From a virus, in IMG/VR virus record IMGVR_UViG_3300045988_020221, positions 1-44,422 of that record: a stretch of 44,422 nt of DNA; one strand, given 5' to 3'. Below are positions 18,524-26,565 of this stretch, in pieces. The notes beneath the pieces are model-generated. The model saw only the letters and a program-made list of their open reading frames with translations, was not told the DNA's origin and ran no database searches. The stretch's first letter is position 1. Each line of letters begins with the position of its first letter. Position numbers and translations under genes: made by a program.

Positions 18524-18901
18524 TTACTCGCAAAATTGCGTGATTTCAAAATTGAGATATTCGCACAGATACCCTTCAGGCGGGTTGTCGAGGGGCTGTG
18601 CCCATGGGGTGCCTTTTTGCAAAAGAATAGCGCCGCCCTCGCAGGAAAGCGTTATGCTGTCCTCGAGGGCCGCGCTGATCGTATCTTCTGTTTGCAGAAT
18701 GGGGGTTCTGCCGCCCTTGCTGGGGTACCACAGTCGGGCGTGGAAGGATGCCGTTTCGTTCCACCCGCCGGGAATTGTCGGCTGATAGGTCAGATACGGC
18801 AGTTCTGCGCCGGGAGGGATATTATCTTCCAGATAGCCGGGGATTCCGAAGCTATTAAAAAAGGCGTTCAGCGCCCGGTTGATGCTCTCAGACGGTCCCA
18901 T
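18524..18901 (-). CDS. tail terminator / tail completion protein
   Basis: ATG overlaps the upstream stop (TAATG). Lies just before the major tail gene. Confidence 0.6.
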   Translation of the reverse strand: MGPSESINRALNAFFNSFGIPGYLEDNIPPGAELPYLTYQPTIPGGWNETASFHARLWYPSKGGRTPILQTEDTISAALEDSITLSCEGGAILLQKGTPWAQPLDNPPEGYLCEYLNFEITQFCE

Positions 18902-19269
18902 TACGGCAGCACCGCCTTTTTGCACTTCACGGCCCGCAGGCCCATGCCGGATTCTTCCGGAGCGCTGCCCTCATCGGCTGCGCTCGTCACCTGAAAGGTC
19001 TGCCCGTCGCTCACCCGCTTGATGTAGTCTGGGAAAGCCAGCGGCACACCGGTGTTGACCAGCAGCGTATAGGTGGACGCTGTAGCCGCCTGCTCTGCGA
19101 CCTGAGCCTCCACGGTGGTGTCGTGGCGCTCTACGGCCTCAAATTCCGGGCCGTCCTTCCAGCCGGACACAAAGCCGCCGACGCCATCCGGCTCATAGCT
19201 GCGGGTCTGAAAACGGTATTTTTTGGTGAAGCTCTGCATCACGGTGGATGCAGCGAACGAATTGACCAT
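18901..19269 (-). CDS. head closure / head-tail adaptor protein
   Basis: Start MVNSF... at 19269. Sequence pattern resembles the head-tail adaptor family. Confidence 0.6.
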   Translation of the reverse strand: MVNSFAASTVMQSFTKKYRFQTRSYEPDGVGGFVSGWKDGPEFEAVERHDTTVEAQVAEQAATASTYTLLVNTGVPLAFPDYIKRVSDGQTFQVTSAADEGSAPEESGMGLRAVKCKKAVLP

Positions 19270-19270
19270 G

Positions 19271-19681
19271 TCACATCTTCCTCCACTGATTGATCTCGGA
19301 TTTATAGCGGGTCTTTCCGTCTGCGGGCAGGCCGTCCGCACCTGTAGCCATCGTGCCGGACCAGCCGCCAAAGGACTGGGACACATACACGCCGCCGGAA
19401 GGCAGCGCCTTGTCGTATGCGTCGATTTTTTCAGCCAGTGCCACAAAATCAGGCGGCACGCGCATAGGCTGCACCGTGCCGTTAAAGGTCTCGGCAGTCA
19501 GATCGCCGTCCCCGGCCTTGTGCACGCCGTCATTGAAGATGGATCCGCACACGAGGAAATACTGCCCCGGGGCTACCCCAGCGGGAACGGTGTCCGGCTC
19601 AAAGGCAAACTCCCCGGCAATAGGGTCGTCCGCCCGGTCAAAAAAATTGTGCGTGTAAACGCACAGCTCGGGGACGGTCAT
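19271..19681 (-). CDS. head-tail connector-region protein
   Basis: AGGAGG 6 nt before the ATG at 19681. Lies directly after the major capsid gene. Confidence 0.6.
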   Translation of the reverse strand: MTVPELCVYTHNFFDRADDPIAGEFAFEPDTVPAGVAPGQYFLVCGSIFNDGVHKAGDGDLTAETFNGTVQPMRVPPDFVALAEKIDAYDKALPSGGVYVSQSFGGWSGTMATGADGLPADGKTRYKSEINQWRKM

Positions 19682-19708
19682 TGGATGCCTCCTACTCAAA
19701 AGGGGCGA

Positions 19709-20602
19709 TTACTCGCCCGGGGTAATAGTCTGGACAGAGATGCCGTCCAGATACTCAGCGAACAGGGTCATGCCCATGACGGCGAAGCTCTCAGAGACCG
19801 CGGTGTGGTAGTTGCCCTGAGTGTGGAAGCCGATGAGGTTGCTTGCCTCGCCCGCAGTGGTGTAGACCAGACCGGCCTTGGAAAAGTCGCTGTCGGCGGG
19901 GTCAACATAGTACAGGACGATGTTGTCCACCGGGGTTGCGATGACCTTCCCACGCGCGATTTCGCCGCTGGAAAGCAGGAAGATGGTGTTGTAGCCCATG
20001 AAGTCCTTGATGTACTGGAATCCGAACTGGTTCTGGACGGTGATGTTGGCCGCGCCCAGATACTCGTACACATCCAGAATGTTGGCGAAGCCCACGACGC
20101 CGGTGACGGTGCGGTGCATGTTCTTGAACTTGTCCTCAACGCTGCCCTTGGCCATTGCCAGAGCCATCTGGAAGGTCTTGGGGGTGCCTTTCAGGGTGCC
20201 GGTGTTCAGGTACTTATAGAAGCGGTCGGTGACGTTCGCGGTCAGCTGGTACAGGAACTCGTCATCGGTCTTCTGAACTGCGACATCGTAGCCGTACTTC
20301 TTGATGGCTTCCAGAGAGACGGCTTTGGCGAACTTTTCGACAGTAATGTCAGCATAGGTCTTTTCCTTGACGGTGAACTTGCTGTAGGGGATCTCCTCGC
20401 CCTCAGCAACAGTGCCGCTCTGGAGCGTACCCTCGGCGTACTTGCTCTTGAGGGTAGTGCCGGGCTGCATCCGGATGGGGCGCATGATGCCCATGATGTC
20501 GCGCAGATGCTGCCAGTTGCGCTGGAAACGGGTGACGAAGTCGATTTCGCGGGGGTTGACGGTAATGTCGGTAGTTACGATAAGGTTTTCTTTTGCTGCC
20601 AT
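19709..20602 (-). CDS. major capsid protein
   Basis: 297 aa directly after the scaffold gene. Sequence resembles SPP1-type capsid proteins. Confidence 0.8.
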   Translation of the reverse strand: MAAKENLIVTTDITVNPREIDFVTRFQRNWQHLRDIMGIMRPIRMQPGTTLKSKYAEGTLQSGTVAEGEEIPYSKFTVKEKTYADITVEKFAKAVSLEAIKKYGYDVAVQKTDDEFLYQLTANVTDRFYKYLNTGTLKGTPKTFQMALAMAKGSVEDKFKNMHRTVTGVVGFANILDVYEYLGAANITVQNQFGFQYIKDFMGYNTIFLLSSGEIARGKVIATPVDNIVLYYVDPADSDFSKAGLVYTTAGEASNLIGFHTQGNYHTAVSESFAVMGMTLFAEYLDGISVQTITPGE

Positions 20603-20605
20603 GTG

Positions 20606-21193
20606 TTATTCCTTTCCGCCGCCCGTGAAAAGGTCGGCATTTGCAGCAATCGCGGCCTGGCGTTCGCCAGCGTCCTTGATTGCAAAAATTTGGTCTTTGG
20701 TCATTTTGGAGCCGGTGTTGGTGGGCGGGGTGTCCACCTTTGCGCCGGTGGTGGTCGTAGTGCCTACGAAGTCGCTCCAATCAGCTTTCAGGCTGTCGGC
20801 GTGCTTCTTGGCGTCCTTGACCTCGCCTTTATCGTCCAGCTCCAGCTTGTCGATGTCCTCGCCGGACAGCCGCACAACGCGGTCTGCGTACTTATCCAGC
20901 ACCCCGGCGGACTTGAGCAGCTCCCGGAACTTGGCTTCCTTGGCTGCGTGGGTGTTCTTCTTGGTCTGCTGGGCTTTGTAGTCGGTCAGCGCCTGTTCAG
21001 CGGCCTGCTTGCCGCCGTTGGCTGCATCACGGTCTTTTTCGGCCTGTGTGCGGGCTGTTTTTTCTGCATCCAGCTGGTCTTTGAGTTCGTCTGTCTCCTT
21101 GTGCAGGGCGTCCAGAATGGCCTTGGCCTTGTCATCGTTGGAGGTTTCGGGGTTCTCCAGAATCGTGCGGATGTCAGCTCTTTTGAGTGCCAT
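20606..21193 (-). CDS. scaffolding protein
   Basis: Highly charged coiled-coil, 195 aa, upstream of the capsid gene. Confidence 0.8.
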   Translation of the reverse strand: MALKRADIRTILENPETSNDDKAKAILDALHKETDELKDQLDAEKTARTQAEKDRDAANGGKQAAEQALTDYKAQQTKKNTHAAKEAKFRELLKSAGVLDKYADRVVRLSGEDIDKLELDDKGEVKDAKKHADSLKADWSDFVGTTTTTGAKVDTPPTNTGSKMTKDQIFAIKDAGERQAAIAANADLFTGGGKE

Positions 21194-21268
21194 GTGATAG
21201 TCCTTTCCGCCCTTGCTCGGGCTGCCATGCTTGGCAATAAGGTTTATTTGCCGGACGTGCTGCCGGTG

Positions 21269-21345
21269 TGGTGCCGCCTGTGGGGCTTGAACCCACGGCC
21301 CCCGGATTACAAATCCGGCGCTCTGCCAACCTGAGCTAAAACGGC
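21269..21345 (-). tRNA. phage-encoded tRNA-Thr (anticodon UGU), CCA encoded
   Basis: GCCGTTT/AGGCGGC acceptor, GCTC/GAGC D stem, CCGGA-TTTGTAA-TCCGG anticodon arm, GTGGG-TTCAAGC-CCCAC T arm, ACCA end. 77 nt. Confidence 0.9.
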
Positions 21346-21346
21346 A

Positions 21347-21379
21347 TAAAAAAGCGGCTGACGCCGTGCGCCAACCGCT
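21347..21379 (-). terminator. rho-independent terminator abutting the tRNA-Thr 5' end
   Basis: 11-bp stem (AGCGGTTGGCG/CGTCAGCCGCT with two G-U pairs) followed by TTTTTT. Confidence 0.75.
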
Positions 21380-21391
21380 AGGTATTTAGTT

Positions 21392-21709
21392 TTAGAGCGA
21401 GAATTCACAGTCTGTGTCTGTCGGATAGTCCTGCGCTTCGGCCGGAACATAGACCAAAACAGAAATTTTGGCTCTACCCTCGCCGTATGCGTTATCGCAC
21501 ATCTCCTGAAGTGCTTTGCGTGCCTGAACACCAGCCGCAAACAGCTCTTCGACTTTTGCAGCCTTGGACTTGTTCTTTTCCTTTACCTCAAGCATCTGCT
21601 TTTTGATTTCTTCAATTCTTTCGGCAGACTTATGATAAAGTCTTTCTGCGTTTGCCTGCATTTTCACAGCAGCTTCAAGCTGCGCGCTCAAGCTTTCAAG
21701 CTCTGTCAT
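21392..21709 (-). CDS. coiled-coil hypothetical protein
   Basis: ORF track, 105 aa. Confidence 0.6.
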   Translation of the reverse strand: MTELESLSAQLEAAVKMQANAERLYHKSAERIEEIKKQMLEVKEKNKSKAAKVEELFAAGVQARKALQEMCDNAYGEGRAKISVLVYVPAEAQDYPTDTDCEFSL

Positions 21710-21711
21710 CC

Positions 21712-22164
21712 TTATACCTCCTTGTTTCCTTCTTCCACCGCGATCTCTCGCAGCTCGTCAACGTGTTCTTCCACCGCCGGGCGGAGGAACGGTCGTGGGG
21801 CCATGCCCCGGGTAAAGTGCCATTTGCCGTTGAAGTCCTTCCAGACCCACGGCGTTTTGCGTCCGTTGCCTTTCTCGGCAAAGATGCCCGTGCCCAGCTC
21901 CACATACACGCTGTAAAAGAGATTTGACCCGATGGTCACGGTCTTTTTTGCGAGGTCGAGGGCATAGGTCAGGCTCTGCTTGAGCGCTCCGCCCACGTAA
22001 CCCTCAATGCCTGTGCTGTCTTCCGTGCCTGTGGGCACAAGCAGCTGGGCGTAGTCCTGCACCTTCATGCCCCATAGGGTCATCACCCGCTCCGCCCACG
22101 AGTCCAGCGCCTCATGCAACTGCGGGGTGTTGTCGGTGAATTTGATGTCGTAGTTAAACTCCAT
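21712..22164 (-). CDS. HK97 gp10-family virion protein
   Basis: YSVYVELGTG...APRPFLRPAVEEH pattern. Confidence 0.65.
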   Translation of the reverse strand: MEFNYDIKFTDNTPQLHEALDSWAERVMTLWGMKVQDYAQLLVPTGTEDSTGIEGYVGGALKQSLTYALDLAKKTVTIGSNLFYSVYVELGTGIFAEKGNGRKTPWVWKDFNGKWHFTRGMAPRPFLRPAVEEHVDELREIAVEEGNKEV

Positions 22165-22180
22165 GTTTTACTCCATGTAT

Positions 22181-22210
22181 AACAAAACCCCGCCCCGGTG
22201 TGGGGCAGGG
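22181..22210 (-). terminator. rho-independent terminator ending the antirepressor unit
   Basis: CCCTGCCCC/GGGGCGGGG stem followed by TTTTGTT. Confidence 0.7.
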
Positions 22211-22282
22211 TCGGTTATTGGGTTTTACTGATAGGGGTGCGGTAAAACGCCGCCCCCCTTGTGTTTTGCGATGAGGTTTCAG

Positions 22283-23077
22283 TTACAGGTACAGCAGCCG
22301 GAACGTCTCTCGGCCTTTGGGAGTGATAAGCGTCTGCACGCCGCTCCACTGGGTCTTGTCGTTCTTGGCTTCCTTGACCTCGAACAGGCCGCTGTTCTTG
22401 TCCTCTCGGGGCAGCAGCTTGCCTTTCTGGTCACGGTAAAGGAATTTCTTTTCCAGCAGCCACGCCACAAAGGCTTTGGGCTTGATGCCAAGCTCCTTGG
22501 CCGTCTCCCGGAAATTAGTCAGCAGATTGCGGTCAACCAGTTCGTCGAAGTATTCGGCCTTGGGCTGCATGATCTGCTTCTCCACGGTGAGCTGGCTGTT
22601 CTGTGCGGTCAGCTCACAAATGCGGGCTTCCCGGTCTGCAAGGGTCTTGTTTGCCACAAGCAGAGCCTTTGCCATCAGCTCCTCCGGGGTGAGCTGCTCC
22701 TGTCCGGCGATGTAACCGCCATTCTTGCGGATGGAGGGCAGCACCTCGGACGTGACCCACTTGCGGAAGCGCTTAAGCTGTTCCTGACGCTTTGCAATAT
22801 AGCTTTCGTCAACACCTCTTGCCTTTTCAGGTTGCATTGCGAACAGAGTGGAATACAGTCCTGCCTCGCTCACAACAGTCATGTTTTGCATCCCGCCGGG
22901 GGTAGCAATTTGCGACACACCCTTCTCTTCTTCATCCAGACGGGCAGAAACACGTCTGTAATTCTGCTCACCAAAAGATTCACACACATCCTTGAGGACG
23001 AACCACGGCTCGCCGTTCTGGTCGATGGTGCGAATTTCACCAAACTCGGGGTTGTTGAAAATCTGAATGTTACTCAT
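22283..23077 (-). CDS. antirepressor, Bro-N domain plus KilAC domain
   Basis: N-terminus IQIFNNPEFGEIRTIDQNGEPWFVLKDVC (Bro-N). C-terminus AEYFDELV...TAKELGIKPKAFVAWLLEKKFLY (KilAC-type). Confidence 0.8.
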   Translation of the reverse strand: MSNIQIFNNPEFGEIRTIDQNGEPWFVLKDVCESFGEQNYRRVSARLDEEEKGVSQIATPGGMQNMTVVSEAGLYSTLFAMQPEKARGVDESYIAKRQEQLKRFRKWVTSEVLPSIRKNGGYIAGQEQLTPEELMAKALLVANKTLADREARICELTAQNSQLTVEKQIMQPKAEYFDELVDRNLLTNFRETAKELGIKPKAFVAWLLEKKFLYRDQKGKLLPREDKNSGLFEVKEAKNDKTQWSGVQTLITPKGRETFRLLYL

Positions 23078-23361
23078 GCGTTTACCTCTTGTTCTGCAAT
23101 TTGATAGTTAAGTACTTCGTCAACTTCCTTTTCCAACCCGGTAAGGGATGCGAACAGAGCCGTCAGCATAGAGCTGTACATCGGGGCTTCGTTCCAAATC
23201 TGGCTCACAAGCTCGCTGGTGCGCTCCCGCTTGATCATATCGGTCTTGTGCGTTTCATCAAACCAGTTGGCAAAGATGTTCAACAGGTCGTGCATTACTC
23301 GGAGTTCGCCAGAAACAGCATCCAGTTCAAGCTCCACCTTCGTGATTTTTGGTGTTTCCAT
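23074..23361 (-). CDS. hypothetical protein (95 aa)
   Basis: TGAGGT RBS. Overlaps the antirepressor start. Confidence 0.6.
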   Translation of the reverse strand: METPKITKVELELDAVSGELRVMHDLLNIFANWFDETHKTDMIKRERTSELVSQIWNEAPMYSSMLTALFASLTGLEKEVDEVLNYQIAEQEVNA

Positions 23362-23382
23362 TGCTAAAACCTCACATTTTAC

Positions 23383-23411
23383 TTGACAAATCGCTTATAA
23401 AAAAATAAAAT
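23383..23411 (+). promoter_or_regulatory. sigma-70-type promoter for a short plus-strand transcript
   Basis: TTGACA, 17-nt spacer, TAAAAT. Confidence 0.6.
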
Positions 23412-23455
23412 GTGAGTAAGAGGAGCTTTTTGTGGATGGCTTTTCTTGTTTACGA

Positions 23456-23492
23456 GTGGTTAGCTATGGCGAGTAGCTAACCACTCTTTTTT
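23456..23492 (+). terminator. rho-independent terminator (plus strand only)
   Basis: Perfect 11-bp stem GTGGTTAGCTA/TAGCTAACCAC followed by TCTTTTTT. There is no U tract on the minus strand. Confidence 0.8.
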
Positions 23493-23555
23493 GTACTGTT
23501 CAAACTTCTTGCGCTGTTCTTCACGGTTCAGCTTCTTGAAATCCTTGAACTTCAT
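23460..23555 (-). CDS. 31-aa Lys-rich micro-protein (MKFKDFKKLNREEQRKKFEQYKKEWLATRHS)
   Basis: GAAAGGAGG RBS 5 nt before the ATG. First ORF after the minus-strand consensus promoter. Below the track length cut-off. Confidence 0.45.
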   Translation of the reverse strand: MKFKDFKKLNREEQRKKFEQYKKEWLATRHS

Positions 23556-23593
23556 GGGCGTCCTCCTTTCCGCCCCTCTTGCTCACAAAATAT

Positions 23594-23622
23594 ATTATAC
23601 ACTAATTCGTGTCGTATGTCAA
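23594..23622 (-). promoter_or_regulatory. perfect-consensus sigma-70 promoter driving the antirepressor unit
   Basis: Minus strand reads TTGACA, 17-nt spacer, TATAAT. Confidence 0.75.
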
Positions 23623-23662
23623 CGCTTATTTTACATTTTATTATGAAAAATGCAAATAGAGA

Positions 23663-23691
23663 TTGACTGAATACACGTTTTAGTTTATACT
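23663..23691 (+). promoter_or_regulatory. sigma-70-type promoter for the HTH gene
   Basis: TTGACT, 17-nt spacer, TATACT. Confidence 0.65.
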
Positions 23692-23714
23692 ATAAATGAA
23701 CGGAGGTGAAAGAT

Positions 23715-23930
23715 ATGACACTTACTGTTGCTGAAAAAATCCGCCTGATAATGAAGCGTAAAGGGATGACGATGGGCGAGCTTGCCGAAGCCACTGGGCA
23801 AACCCGGCAGAATCTTTCCAACAAGATGGCAAGGGGAAACTTTACCGAAAAGGATATTCAAGAGCTTTCTTTGGCTCTCGGATGCACCGCCGAGATTCTT
23901 TTCCGTCTCCCTGATGGCACAACCGTATAA
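23715..23930 (+). CDS. XRE-type HTH regulator (71 aa)
   Basis: GGAGGTG RBS. MTMGELAEATGQTRQNLSNKMARGNFT. Confidence 0.8.
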   Translation: MTLTVAEKIRLIMKRKGMTMGELAEATGQTRQNLSNKMARGNFTEKDIQELSLALGCTAEILFRLPDGTTV

Positions 23931-23938
23931 CCCCTACA

Positions 23939-23966
23939 CCCTGCCGGGCGGCAGGGCTTTATTTTT
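23939..23966 (+). terminator. rho-independent terminator
   Basis: CCCTGCC/GGCAGGG stem followed by CTTTATTTTT. Confidence 0.7.
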
Positions 23967-23971
23967 ATGCT

Positions 23972-24994
23972 TCATTTTCGCTCCTTCTTTCTCTTGCGCT
24001 CTTCCGCCCACCACATTTGCTCTTTTTCTGTGCCGCCCTTGGATTTATACCACTCGGTGTAATCCATGACGGGGGTGGTCTCTTTGGTCACATTGTCCCG
24101 CTGCATGGCGTTCTGCCGTGGATACTTGCCCAGCGCAGAGGACAGCACGCAGCGGCAGTGGTAGACCATCTCCGGGGCCGCGCTGGGGTCGCCGGGGCGC
24201 TGAATCTCGTAGCCCATGACCTTGAACGGCTCGTCAAGCTCTGCCGTCTGCTGGTCAAGCAAGCGGTGCATTTCACGGGTGCGGTAGTCGTGGGTAGAGT
24301 TCCAGCGCTTTTTGACCTCGATGCCCAAAGCCTGGGCGTTGCGCATCTGCTGCAAAGCCCCGGCGTTCTGGGCACTGGTAAGGGCTGTGATGGCGTTGTT
24401 CATGGCCCAGTGGATCTCCGTGTCTGCCATGCCATTCACGGCCTGCACGGCGATGTCGTGGACGCTCTTGCCTTGCACGATGCCCTGCATGACGTAGCGA
24501 TTGAACACCCGGGCGTCATAGGTGCGGTTGCTCTCGCTCTTGATGCGCTTGTTTGGCACCATGCGGGGGTTCTCCTTCAGCAGCAGCTTGACCGCTTCGG
24601 TGTTGTACAGGGTCAGCCCGAACGTCACACCTGCGTCCTGCTCCAGCTCGTAGAAAGCCCAGTTTGCGCCAAAGGAAAAGATGTTGTATTGCTCGTCCCG
24701 GGCCAGCTTGTAGGCCGTCTCTTGGGCTGTGGTGCAGGTCTGCGTGATGCCGTCCAGCTTGGCGCGCATCAAATCGGACTGAAAGACCTGATTTTGCAGC
24801 CAGATGCGGTAATCATCCTCGGTGATCTCGCCTGCATCCAGCTGCGCCCGCTTGCGCTCGTCCAGCGCTTTGTACTTTACCAGAAACTCGGTCAGCTGCT
24901 CCTGCATCTCCCGGCGGGCAGTGCCGTACACCCGGAGGATTCGGCGGCGAAGGCGGTTCAACTGGCGGGTAGAGATGCGGTCACGGTCAATCAT
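23972..24994 (-). CDS. minor head protein, Mu F / SPP1 gp7-like
   Basis: 340 aa after the portal gene. ...WNSTHDYRTREMHRLLDQQ...PGDPSAAPEMVYHCRC. Confidence 0.8.
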   Translation of the reverse strand: MIDRDRISTRQLNRLRRRILRVYGTARREMQEQLTEFLVKYKALDERKRAQLDAGEITEDDYRIWLQNQVFQSDLMRAKLDGITQTCTTAQETAYKLARDEQYNIFSFGANWAFYELEQDAGVTFGLTLYNTEAVKLLLKENPRMVPNKRIKSESNRTYDARVFNRYVMQGIVQGKSVHDIAVQAVNGMADTEIHWAMNNAITALTSAQNAGALQQMRNAQALGIEVKKRWNSTHDYRTREMHRLLDQQTAELDEPFKVMGYEIQRPGDPSAAPEMVYHCRCVLSSALGKYPRQNAMQRDNVTKETTPVMDYTEWYKSKGGTEKEQMWWAEERKRKKERK

Positions 24995-25190
24995 TTATTT
25001 CTTCGCTCTTTTCAAACTGCGGTCGTCCAAACGCATCAATGCCGACCATCCGCACGTTTGGCCTTGTGATATCAATAGTCGTTCCCTGCAGCAGCTCAAC
25101 AGCGGAAATGAACCGTTGCATAACATTTTTTGCTTCTTCTGAAAGCTCGATTTCGATTTTCCCCTCCATCGGAATTTTAAGATTCGCCAT
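24987..25190 (-). CDS. hypothetical protein (67 aa)
   Basis: ORF track. Overlaps both neighbours. Confidence 0.5.
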   Translation of the reverse strand: MANLKIPMEGKIEIELSEEAKNVMQRFISAVELLQGTTIDITRPNVRMVGIDAFGRPQFEKSEEIND

Positions 25191-26565
25191 CGTCTTCCTC
25201 CTCCTCGTCCACGTTCTCCCGTGTTGCGCTCTCAGCCATCATCGCGGCCTTGGCCTGTTCCTTTTGTTCCGGGGTCAGGTTGGGCAGCAGGTCAATGGCC
25301 ACGTCCTGCCCGATGATCGGCGCCTCAGAAATCACCGTTGCGACCTGTTCAGCGGTGTTGGTGATCTTGCTGCGGTTGAATGTCGACATAGCGTTGTCAA
25401 AGCCAGCCAGTGCGCAGATCTGCCGGATGAACGGCTTGACCTGAGCCTCGAAGTCGTCCGCGTTCTGGTTCAGCGGCTCATAGGCTGCATCCAGATGGTC
25501 GTTGGTGCTGTCCACGCTGACACAATGCACGTCCAGCCCGCCGAAGTCCTCATACACCCGTGCGTGGAGCAGCTCCAACAGAGCCTGCCGGGCCGTCACA
25601 GGAATCTCGGTGGTGTAGGGGGTGATCTTTCCGCCCTCGCTGGTGTCTGCGCCTGCAATGTGGTACAGATTCAGCTTGACGAGGAACTCCTGTAGCTCGT
25701 CATCGGTCATGCCGTTGAAGTTCTCGCACAGCCAGTAGATCTGCGAAAAGTCCTGCAAGTCATTGCAGAAGCCGGACATCACCAGATCGGTGTTGTCAAT
25801 GTAGGCTTTCAGCCCCACAAGGGTGCTCTGGTGCAGGTCGGAGCCCCACAGCGGCACAATGGGAAGAGCACTGTAGTTTTCGCCCTCTACGCTTTCCAGC
25901 CCGCCGCCGGGTGTGGTGACGGTCACGCTCTTGTATGCCTGCTTCGGCGTTGTCTCCTGCATCACATTGCCGATTTTGCTTTCCGTGTACTCAGTGAAGC
26001 CGTCCAGCTCGTACAGGATATAGTGCATATCCGTGTCCGGGTTCAGCCGCCAGAAGCGCACACCCGCCTGCAAAAGGCCTGTCTTTTCATCGTACAGGGG
26101 CGCGAACTCGGTCAGCTTGAAAACCACCAGATGGTCGTTGTTCCAGAATCCGAAGCTCTCACCGTGGATCAGGGCGAAATATCCGGCCTTCTGGATCTGC
26201 TCGTCAAAGTTCTGCCCCAGCCTGTCCTTGTCCACGCCATCGTCCGCAAAGACTACGCCGTTGCCGAGGGAGTAGGTTGCCCGCTGCTTGTTGAGCCGCC
26301 GGAAAAGATTGCTCTTGACCATATCGGGGTGTGGGGTGTCCTGCTTGGTGTTTTTGGACAGGCGCTTCAGCATCAAAGCGTAAGCCTGTGCGAAGCGTTC
26401 AGCCCCCGGGTTTTTCTGGGCATCGTACAGGTCGGCGTCCAGCGCCATCTTGTACGGCCCGGAAGCGCAGTGCTGCTGCACGAATCGCCGGATGAAATCA
26501 GGTTGTTCCCCGGCGGCTTGCGCCTGCTGGAAGGTCTGGAATGTGTATACAGTGCTCAAAATCAA
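25177..26565 (-). CDS. portal protein (SPP1 gp6-like)
   Basis: 462 aa directly after terL. Acidic C-terminus. Confidence 0.85.
   Translation of the reverse strand: MILSTVYTFQTFQQAQAAGEQPDFIRRFVQQHCASGPYKMALDADLYDAQKNPGAERFAQAYALMLKRLSKNTKQDTPHPDMVKSNLFRRLNKQRATYSLGNGVVFADDGVDKDRLGQNFDEQIQKAGYFALIHGESFGFWNNDHLVVFKLTEFAPLYDEKTGLLQAGVRFWRLNPDTDMHYILYELDGFTEYTESKIGNVMQETTPKQAYKSVTVTTPGGGLESVEGENYSALPIVPLWGSDLHQSTLVGLKAYIDNTDLVMSGFCNDLQDFSQIYWLCENFNGMTDDELQEFLVKLNLYHIAGADTSEGGKITPYTTEIPVTARQALLELLHARVYEDFGGLDVHCVSVDSTNDHLDAAYEPLNQNADDFEAQVKPFIRQICALAGFDNAMSTFNRSKITNTAEQVATVISEAPIIGQDVAIDLLPNLTPEQKEQAKAAMMAESATRENVDEEEEDDGES

Noticed and set aside
19223-21334. Very long + strand ORF (703 aa). Similar + strand ORFs occur at 140-988, 2540-3493, 8044-9240, 9241-10446, 12507-13409, 22259-23104, 24017-25069 and 25831-26604.
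   Set aside because: They lie antisense to clearly recognisable minus-strand phage genes (capsid, scaffold, fibre, portal and others). They have low-complexity Gly/Ala/Val/Leu/Arg-rich translations and no RBS. These are typical shadow ORFs in GC-rich DNA.
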